Positions 50,540 to 64,000 of a DNA stretch of 64,000 nucleotides are shown one piece after another. Origin of the DNA: Dictyostelium discoideum (Eukaryota); the NCBI GenBank assembly GCA_000004695.1, contig CM000151.3, forward strand, positions 2,944,001-3,008,000, read 5' to 3'. Each line of letters begins with the position of its first letter. Position 1 is the first letter of the stretch. The notes below the pieces were generated by a model that had not been told where the DNA came from, did not search any database, and saw only the letters and a list, made by a program, of their open reading frames with translations. The translations under genes were made by a program, and so were the position numbers.

Positions 50540-50869
50540 AATTTTCATAAATTGTTTATCTTTTTTTTAAGGTTAAAAAAAATAAGTAAACTTTTGTTTA
50601 TTTGGATACTTGTTTTTAATTTAGTTAAGTTTAGGTTTAAGTTTAATTTTATTTTAATTAATTTTTAATATTAATTTGATCATAATTAAAAAAAAAAAAT
50701 TCACAATAAAAAGAAATAATAAAAAAAAAAAAATATATAAAAATATAATAAATTATATATTATATAAAATGCCACCAAAAGTTTATGGTGGAAGAGTATA
50801 TGTATTAAATAATGGGTTTCACCAACTCATAATACTCAATGTACTCTCGTTATTGTTCTGAAAATGAAT

Positions 50870-51070
50870 TGAAAATAAAAGTCAAAATGTTTTCTTTTTT
50901 AACAATTAGTATTAGTATTACTATTATTCAAGATCATTCATTAGTCACTCAATAATTTAGATAAAAATAAAATAATAAAATTTATAAATTCCAAAAAAAA
51001 AAAAATAAAAAAAAAAAAAAAGAAATACAACTCAAATATTTAATATAATTAATAAATAATAAATTTTTAT
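50870..51070 (+). other. duplicated copy of the 3' end and 3' flank of the TRAF-like gene (paralogous to 49630..49830)
   Basis: aaaataaaagtcaaaatg...ttagtattagtatta...attcaagatcattcattagt(c/t)act(c/g)aataatt...aaaataataaaa...aaatataa(c/t)tcaaatatttaat is shared between the two loci with scattered substitutions and indels. The copy lacks the upstream coding region. Confidence 0.75.
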
Positions 51071-51289
51071 TTATTTTTTTTTAAAAAAGGAAAAAAAAAA
51101 TATTTAAGAACTAAAATTAAAAGAAATAACAGATAAAGTTTTTTTTTTTTAAACAATTCCAAATCCATTCAATTTTTTTTTTTTTTTTTTTTTGATATTA
51201 ATTTTATTACCAAAAAAAAAAAAAAAAATTTGATACCTTGCATGAAATTAAGCGAGCTCTATTTCTTTTGATTATAATTGATATAGAAT

Positions 51290-51332
<43 letters not shown>

Positions 51333-51399
51333 ATAATTTAATTTAATTATTCTCGTTTAAAAAATATTATTTGTAAGTAAATTTATTTATTTTATTTAT

Positions 51400-51660
51400 T
51401 CTCTGAAAATTTTATTTTTTGTGTCATCTACGAGTGTTGGTGACATATTATATTTGCGTATTAGTTTCGATGAGAAGTTTATGAGTTTTACAAACTTTTG
51501 TGATACTAAAACGGATGCGTCAACTCTATTTTCCTTTATTTTGTGTGTGTTTCCATTAACTGCTGCTATAGTGTTATGTATTAATTCTTCACCGCCACAC
51601 TCTTCCAATAAACTATTAGATTCATCAAGATATTCGTTCGTAAGTATAATTAATACGCTC
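51400..51660 (-). pseudogene. second copy of the GldA-family C-terminal-type fragment (85-90% identical to 50170-50390)
   Basis: The minus-strand ORF 51396..51662 encodes ...LEECGGEELIHNTIAAVNGNTHKIKENRVDASVLVSQKFVKLINFSSKLIRKYN.... This is GldA C-terminal homology diverged from the intact gene's own C-terminus (...SDTMSNMLRNFENDDIFNSIVAANEMGKRY...), so it derives from a different paralogue or an older copy. No upstream exons are present. Confidence 0.65.
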
Positions 51661-52009
51661 AAGATGTTAATTGCCTGTCCATGTAATGTATTTTGGATTA
51701 TATTTCTCGTTTGATGTTTTGATAACCTTTCTAGCAGTTGATACTTTCTTTAATACACCTGATATTGTTGTATGTATATATTATCTGTGTGTTGATTTTT
51801 GGAATAAATTGAAAAATTTTTATGTGGGGGAAAAAAGTTTTTTTTAATTTTTTTTTTTTTTTTTAATTTATTTATCAAGATAAATAATTAAATTCTAAAA
51901 ATAAATTTTTTGGTTATCCTTCAAGTTCAATGTTACACAATATCCAACAATCAATAATTAGTTTTTAAATTTTATATCGATATTTATTTTTCCAATTTCT
52001 TTTAAAAGA

Positions 52010-52480
52010 ATCCATGGCTTTTTCAATATTTTCACTTATGATTTTATAATATATTTTTGAAAGGTTATATCCAATCAATGATGGTTTTGTATTGGTTAAT
52101 TATTTCCAAAACTTTGAAAACATGGTCTCGCTTCAAAATAAGTTTAAAGTGCATTAGCCACTCCTGAAGAAAATTAACTTGGTGGCGCAGTAACCATAAC
52201 AACTGGATCAACTAAAACAACATCTGGATTTTTGGAATATAAAGATATTGATCAAATTCTCCATTTTCTTTATACCAAACTAATAATTATGCACATGATG
52301 CATCAGTCGAGGAAGCTTTAGGAAATATTACTACTGGACATTTTTACAATAAGGCAATTGCTTTAATTTAAAAATAATAAAAAAAAAAAAATAAAAAAAA
52401 AAAAAAAAATTTTAATTTCCTTTTGTAATATCAATTGTTTTAATACCAATTCCTAAATTTTTAATTTTATTAGTAAGAGG
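52010..52480 (-). pseudogene. degenerate copy of the GldA-family gene's exon-2 start, intron 2 and the 3' part of the upstream (second) exon, equivalent to 55630..56110
   Basis: Long nucleotide identity blocks with the intact gene (ttttcaatattttcacttatgattttata..., ggtggcgcagtaaccataacaactggatcaactaaaacaacatctggatt...). They are interrupted by frameshifts and substitutions, and the intron-equivalent region is retained. Confidence 0.75.
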
Positions 52481-52874
52481 ATTATTGGAATTAATTTATG
52501 TTTTTAATTTTTTCTTTTTTAATTTTTTATTTTTGTTTTTTTTTTTTTTTTTTTCAAATTCTACTTTTTAATTAAAAAGTAGATGTCCTTTGAAAAAATT
52601 GTTCATTGATGGGGTCGTTATTATTTTTTTATTATCTCAAATTTAATTCTTGAGTTTTTTCATAACCTTTGATAGGTCCAACTGTTTTTTAGTTTAAACC
52701 ATTTAACACATATAAATAATAAAATAAAAAATTTAATCTATAAAAAAAAAGTTCTTATTCATTTTTTAACAAAATAATTTAAAATCAATAATTATCTCAT
52801 ATTATCTATTTTTTTAAAAAAGACTGGATAAAAAACTAAAAAGTATGGATTAATTATTTAGTATATATTTAATC

Positions 52875-52911
<37 letters not shown>

Positions 52912-53077
52912 AGTACACAAATAATTTTGAACACTATTTTTAAAACTATTAACATTAATTTTTTTATTTATTTTTATTTTTTATTTTATGTGACTCCTTT
53001 GGTAATATTCCTTGTAATAACGATGTACTATCGATTATAACAAATTTTTTTTCCATTTTTTTTATTCTTTTTTTTTT

Positions 53078-54385
53078 TTATTCTTCCAATTCAGTTATTA
53101 AAGTATTATTAAAATTTTCTTCACTTTCTTCAATTTCTTGTTGTTCATCTTGAATTGATAAAATTTTGATATTAAATTTAATAATTAATTGATCATTTAC
53201 AATGAATTTATTATGAATATTATAGATTTCAGAGGTTGGAAATTCTATTGAATGAGAGGAGCCAATTAGATGAGAGAATTTCTTTTTCTCTTCTTTTTTG
53301 ATTGATTTAGTTTGACTTTGATTTGTAATTTCAAAAGAGAATTTAATGGTTGAAGAGGATTGAAATTGTTTTGATAAAATTACAGAAATACAATTGACCG
53401 AGTTTACCACGGTATCAGCTGATAGAGATAATGAAAATTCTTTTGTTGGTGTTAAAAAGATTGGTGGTGATATTATTAGATTTGTGAACGGGTTCTCTTT
53501 GAATAGATCGAAATGAGCAGAGAATTGTTTAATTATCCATCTACCATTGAAAGAGTAATCATTGTTAATTAGTTTGGTTTCTAATTCTTCACAACTTGAT
53601 CGAAGTTGTTTCAATTGTTTTGAAGTTGATTTCAAAAGTGATTGATGACCATTGATAATGTTGGAGATGTATTGCTGATGATTATCCTCTAATGCTAAAT
53701 GTTTTGAAAGTTCATGACGTGGAAAAGTTTCATTACATCCACCATCTTTATATCTACATCCTATAATCACCAATGGACAATCCAATAGTAAATGATTACT
53801 AAGATTCATTCTTTCAAAATCATTCTTACAATAGAAACATTTGGTTGGATAATAATTACATTGATCTTGATGATTCTCTATCTCATTCATTCTATATTTA
53901 CCACATTTTTCATTATATTCACATGAAACAAATGTAAATTTACATTCTTTTAAATGTTTACCATTCTTTAATTGTTCAATTGTTAATATTTCTTTACATC
54001 CTTTTTTTTCATCTAAAATTAATTTATTATTATCATTATTTAAAAAACTATTTGGACAATAAACCTAATAAAAATTTTTTTTTTTTTTTTTTTTTTTTTT
54101 AGTATTAATAATTTTTTTAAATAAATAAAATAAAATACAAACCTTTAAATTATTTATATGTTTTTGAAGATAAATATTTTTACATAAAGTTTGAATTGTA
54201 ACAGGAATACAACATATTGGACATTCTGATTTTACAGTTTCAATTTGTTTATGAAAACAGCCTTTACATAAACAATGACCATTTGGGCACGAAACTGATT
54301 CATTCATAAGATTACAACATAGTTGACAATAAAGATCTTCATCAATATCTTTTGAAAAAATTAAATCATCTATTGAATATTTCAT
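53078..54385 (-). CDS. second TRAF-like protein (RING, TRAF zinc fingers, coiled coil, MATH-like C-terminus), about 409 aa; complement(join(53078..54064,54143..54385))
   Basis: Exon 1 is MKYSIDDLIFSKDIDEDLYCQLCCNLMNESVSCPNGHCLCKGCFHKQIETVKSECPICC... (RING), and it ends at a GTTTGT donor. The 78-nt intron is phase 0. Exon 2 has repeated C/H TRAF-type fingers and a coiled coil (LKQLRSSCEELETKLI). It is a paralogue of the gene at 48272..49729 and convergent with it. The ORF track extended the 5' end to a TTG start at 54418. Confidence 0.8.
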
Positions 54386-54908
54386 TTTTATATTTTTTAA
54401 TTTTATTTTTTTATTCAACTATTATCATTATTTTAATATACATATATCTTTTTAATTATTATTTTTCTTTTTTTTTTTTTTTTTTTTTTTCTATCTTTTT
54501 TCACTTTTTCGTTTTCTCAATTTTTTTTTTTGTTGTGGTTGGGAAAAAAAAAAAAAAATAAAAAAAATAAAAAAAAAAAAAAAAAATTAAAAATTAATTT
54601 ACCATCAAAATAAATACACAATTTTTTGATCAATTAAAACAAAATTTCTCCCCTTTTAAATAATATTAACCAAATGATAAGCTTGATAAGTAAAATTATG
54701 TATATCAACCAAACACATAAAAAATACTTATAAATTTTTTGTTTTTTTTTTTATGACCAATTTTTGATTGAGGTTCTGTTTTATTTGCAATTTCAACTAT
54801 TTTTAATGCTAAACAATACAAAAATATCATTTTTTACAATGTAAAGGAAATAAAATTTTCATATATTCCTTTCAAATGGGTAGTTTAAACTTTTCAAAGT
54901 AGGTTTAT

Positions 54909-54949
<41 letters not shown>

Positions 54950-55156
54950 AATATGTTTATTTTTTTTTTTTTTATATCGTTTAGTAATTCAGTTAAGGGT
55001 TAAACAAATAAAATTAAATAATAATTTACAAATGTTGATTTTAATAATTATAAATAATAAAAATAAAAAACAAAAGTTTATTTTTAATTTATTTATTTAA
55101 AAACTTTAATTCATTTTATTTCTTTATTATCAAATAATAGATTAATTGAAAGAATT

Positions 55157-56505
55157 TTAAATTGGATAATTTGGTTTTAAATTTTCTATTGATATTTTTT
55201 TATATCTTTTACCCATTTCATTTGCAGCCACAATTGAATTAAAGATATCATCATTTTCAAAGTTTCTTAACATGTTTGACATTGTATCTGATGGTAAATT
55301 TGAAATTGAAGCCACTTTTTTAATATCTTCATCATTCCAATTTTTATAACCTAAATCCTCTAATGTCATCGGAAGTTTTGCAATTTTCATTATTCTAATT
55401 ACATTTTCAATTTCTCCAGTTGGAGCATCTTCTAAAATCAATTGAGCCAATAAACCAAATGCAACCTTTTCACCATGTTGAGAGGAATGTAATTGTTCTA
55501 TTGAACTTAGACCATTGGAAATTGCATGGGCAGCAGCAAGTCCTCCACTCTCTGCCCCAATACCACTTAAATAAATTGTTGCTTCTAAAATATTTTCAAA
55601 TGAAATTGAATTTGATTTACAATTTAAAGAATCCATTGCTTTTTCAATATTTTCACTTATGATTTTATAGCATAATTTTGAAAGGTTATATCCAATCAAT
55701 GATGGTTTTGTATTGGTTAAATTATTTCCAAAACTTTGGAAACATTGTCTTGCTTCAAAATAAGTTGCAAGTGCATCACCTACTCCTGAAGAAAATAATC
55801 TTGGTGGTGCAGTAACCATAACAACTGGATCAACTAAAACAACATCTGGATTATTTGGAATATAAAGATATTGATCAAATTCTCCATTATCTTTGTATAA
55901 AACTGCTAATGATGTACATGGTGCATCAGTTGATGCTGCTGTTGGAAATATTACTACTGGACATTTTTCATAAAATGCCATTGCTTTTTGTTATAAAAAT
56001 AATATAAATTAATTAATAATTAATTATTGATTTAAAAAAATAATAATAATAATAATAATAATAATTACCTTTTGCAGTATCAATTGTTTTACCACCACCA
56101 ATTCCTAAAATTACATTTGAACCTTTAGATTTTTTAATTGAACACATTCTTTCAACTTCATTTTTTGTACATTCAATTTTAAATTTTTCAACGTGAGATA
56201 TAATATTCTCTTTTTCTAAAGACTTTACAGTTTTTTGATTTACTTGATCAATTAATCTCTCATCACAAACAATAAAACATTTATTTCCAAAATCTTTAAT
56301 AAATTTTGAAGGATCATTTAATAAATTCTTTCCAATTATAAATTTTTTTGGTGAGCTAAAGTAAATTAATTAATTAAATAAAAAAAAATAATAATTAGTT
56401 TTTAAAATTATATTAAATATTATTAATAGAAATTATTTAATTTTTTTTTTATTTCTTTATTTTTTTTTATAAATATTACCAAAGAGTTTTATAAATTGTA
56501 TTCAT
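55157..56505 (-). CDS. iron-containing alcohol dehydrogenase family, glycerol dehydrogenase GldA-like, about 379 aa; complement(join(55157..55983,56069..56355,56480..56505))
   Basis: It is collinear with E. coli GldA. A 26-nt first exon (MNTIYKTL, GTAATA donor) is followed by a 124-nt intron to exon 2 (split codon tgc). The NAD-binding motif ...GSNVILGIGGGKTIDTAK|A is split by a phase-1 85-nt intron (GTAATT..AAAAAG). Exon 3 reads MAFYEKCPVVIFPTAASTDAPC...GGLAAAHAISNGL...HGEKVAFG.... Confidence 0.85.
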
Positions 56506-56941
56506 TTTAATTGGTTTTGTTTTTTTTAAACAAACAATATATTAATTAAATAATTTATGATAAATAATAAATAATAAAAATAATTAAAAAAATAAAATAA
56601 TAAAAAATAAACAAAGTGGTTGTAGTGAAAAAGGATTTGGGAGTTGTGGTTATAATAAAAAAGATTTACATTTTTATTAGGAAAAAAAAAGTATAAAAAC
56701 AAAAACTATAATTACACTTCCTCACCTTTATTTTCATAATATTTTAATTAAAAGTAACCACACCCCACCACATTTTATTTTTTTTTAATTTTTTAATTTT
56801 TCTTCGGTCTGTGCTTTTTCGTTAATAAAAAAGTATTTTTTAGTAATTATTTCAAAAATAGACATAAAAGTGAATTTGCTTTTTTTTTTTTTTTTTTATT
56901 CAATTTATTTTATACTTTAAATTATTTTATTTTTTTTATTT

Positions 56942-60624
<3,683 letters not shown>

Positions 60625-61084
60625 TGTTGATTATATATAATGTATAATTAATTATTTATATATTTTTTATTATTTAATTTTGACTTTATTATTATTAATT
60701 TACTCTTTTTACTTTTTATTTTACTTTTTTTTTTTTTTATTATTTTTTTTTTATTAATTGATTAATTATTTATTTTTATCAATCTTTTTAAATATTAATA
60801 CAATCTGTACTACAAATAATTATACAAATGTATAAATGCTACAGGATTTTGAATGAACTTTTTTTTTTTTTTACAATCAAAAAAAAAAAAATAAAAAAAA
60901 TTTAATTAAAAAAAAAAAAAAAATAAAAAAAATAAAAAAAATAAAAAAAATAAAAAATAAAAAAAATTGAAATTTTTATAATTTTTTTTTTATGTGAATA
61001 TCACCCATATATGGGTGACTTTTTATTTTTTATTTTTTATTTTTTTTTCATTTTTCTTTATTTTTTTTTTTTTTTGTTATTTCT

Positions 61085-61891
61085 CTAATCAGTTTTATTT
61101 ATAAATTTTATTTTTTTGGAAATATTTTGATTGATTTTATTTAGAGTTGTTGTTAAAACCAAATAAATTATAAAAAGTAATGCATTATTACCATAATAAC
61201 CAAAATAAATTATTTCATTTGTGAGTGTGGGTGAAAGATTATCAAATGAATTGCACAATAATTTTGAAGTTCCACCAATTTTATTTTGACTAAAAAGGAA
61301 ACAATTATGAAATAATTTAAAAAATATAAAACTTGAGCAAATAAATATATAAACCATCCATTGTTTTGATTTAAATTTAATTGTTTTTTTAAAAAATGAT
61401 AAATTATTATTATTATTATTATTATTTTGATTAATTTTAATTGGTTTTAAAAATAAAATTAATTTTAATTTATAAATTAAAATTAAAATTGTTAAAATTG
61501 AAATGAAAAATGGTATTGAAATTATAATAATTTCATTTATTTGATTATTAAAAATTATTTGAAAATTATTTATATTATTGATTTTAATTAAATCACATAA
61601 TAACATTACACAATATTTGCAAGTGATTGTTGTAATGAGAATATCAATAATATGAAAAATATTTTTTAAACCAACTAAAAGAGTTGATTTTTTAAAAATT
61701 CCAACATTTTCAATTATCCATAACAATGATATTGAAATTATTATTGGTATTATTGATATTATAAAAACTGTTAAAAAATATAAACCAATTGAATAAATAA
61801 TTGGAAAAATATAAATTTTAAATAAAGTTATTAAAATTTTAAAATCATTAAAAATATTATTATTATTTATTTTTTGATATAAATATTTCAT
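61085..61891 (-). CDS. multi-pass integral membrane protein, about 268 aa, function unknown; single exon from ATG 61891
   Basis: An 807-nt ORF free of stops in an AT-rich context (unlikely by chance). It has five or more strongly hydrophobic 20-aa segments (IFPIIYSIGLYFLTVFIISIIPIIISISLLWII; IIIISIPFFISILTILILIY; WMVYIFICSSFIFF...). The first in-frame ATG is at 61891; the ORF track started at a TTG at 61930. Confidence 0.5.
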   Translation of the reverse strand: MKYLYQKINNNNIFNDFKILITLFKIYIFPIIYSIGLYFLTVFIISIIPIIISISLLWIIENVGIFKKSTLLVGLKNIFHIIDILITTITCKYCVMLLCDLIKINNINNFQIIFNNQINEIIIISIPFFISILTILILIYKLKLILFLKPIKINQNNNNNNNNLSFFKKTIKFKSKQWMVYIFICSSFIFFKLFHNCFLFSQNKIGGTSKLLCNSFDNLSPTLTNEIIYFGYYGNNALLFIIYLVLTTTLNKINQNISKKIKFINKTD

Positions 61892-62070
61892 AGTTTTTTT
61901 TTTTTTTTTATTATAATTATTATGTATCAATATATTCGAATATATTGAAAGAAAAAAGAAAAAAAAAAAAAAAAAAAAAAAAAGTGTGGGAATAATTATT
62001 TTTTATTTGTTTTTAAATTATTATTTTTATATTATTATTTTATTTTTATTTTTATTTTTTTATTATTATT

Positions 62071-63438
<1,368 letters not shown>

Positions 63439-63862
63439 TTCTTCTCAACGTTTCGACTAAAAGGGAAAATTAAAAAAATTAAAAAAAAAAAAAAAAATTA
63501 AAAAAATTTTATTAATTTTTTTTTTTTTTTTATTTTTTATTTTAATTTTTATTTTTTTATTTTTTTTATTTTTTTTATTTTTTTTTAATTTTTTTTTTTC
63601 TTTTTTTTTTTCAGTGAATTAATATTAATCCATAAAAGTGTCAAATAAAATTGGGTGGTATTCATTAAGATCTCTTTGTGCTATAAAAAAAAAAAAAACA
63701 AATAAATAATTAAATAAATAAATAACTAGCTAAGGAATATATTTAATTTTTTTTTTTAAAAAAAAAAATTTAGATTACTCACAGCAACACCCAATTTGGT
63801 AGTGGGTGATCCAACATATCATCAACAATTATGTCACAAACAACATATTTCCGAAAATTAAT

Positions 63863-63909
<47 letters not shown>

Positions 63910-64000
63910 AGATTTGTGAAGGGTCCCACTTTTATGGAGCATGGTTATATTGAATGTCACAAAATGAAGAAGCATTTTTTTTAAAAAAAAAAAAATCTTT

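Noticed and set aside
50083-51714. + strand ORFs 50083..50421 and 51421..51714 (97-112 aa)
   Set aside because: They are antisense or out-of-frame readings of the GldA-family pseudogene fragments. The minus-strand reading carries the GldA homology, and even that is fragmentary.
63780-63960. Less AT-rich segment at the 3' end of the window (possible exon)
   Set aside because: There is no long ORF in any frame within the window and no recognisable motif. It may be a UTR or an exon of a gene beyond the window edge, and I cannot call it.

Overview
The window is extremely AT-rich (coding about 30-35% GC, intergenic/intron about 10-15%), full of homopolymer A/T tracts and (AAT)n/(CAA)n triplet repeats, and its genes have short GT..AG introns with AT-rich interiors. 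This is typical Dictyostelium discoideum nuclear DNA. One gene encodes a 392-aa product matching the cAMP receptor cAR1 (carA, 2 exons), which places the window in the chromosome-2 carA region; in the AX4 reference that region lies inside the large duplicated segment. I hand-built exon models for about 24 protein-coding genes by joining ORF-track pieces across splice sites that keep reading frame and match conserved family motifs. Besides carA they are: an RlmI-like SAM methyltransferase (partial at the 5' edge), an NF-YC histone-fold factor with huge poly-N/poly-Q expansions, a mitochondrial-presequence protein with a DUF559/Vsr-like nuclease-type C-terminus, a 7-exon type-II membrane M1 aminopeptidase (GAMEN, HEIAH...E), a type-I membrane protein, an RNF4-like SUMO-targeted RING ligase with an acidic SIM, an ANK-SAM-TKL protein kinase, a Q-rich C2H2/Cys-rich nuclear protein, a secreted/GPI-like glycoprotein, TFIIE-alpha, RNA polymerase III subunit Rpc25/POLR3H, an unlisted small two-exon single-pass membrane protein, nitrilase-family Nit1, Abp1 (ADF-H plus SH3), a DUF1279/FAM210-like mitochondrial protein, a divergent 4-hydroxyphenylpyruvate dioxygenase-like gene, two convergent TRAF-type RING/MATH genes, an intact intron-containing GldA-family glycerol dehydrogenase, AP-2 alpha-adaptin (7 exons), a multi-pass membrane protein and a TMEM53/DUF829-like gene. 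There are no rRNA or tRNA genes, no CRISPR and no obvious transposon. The most unusual structure is a scrapyard of rearranged pseudogene fragments (GldA-family pieces plus a copy of a TRAF gene 3' end) between the two TRAF genes. Several candidate regulatory or ncRNA-like signals are flagged: DUSE-like TCCCAYAA motifs, a 4-copy direct-repeat array, G/T-rich G-box-like elements upstream of carA, and a long (CA)n(CT)n inverted repeat. All exon boundaries are manual inferences without transcript evidence.
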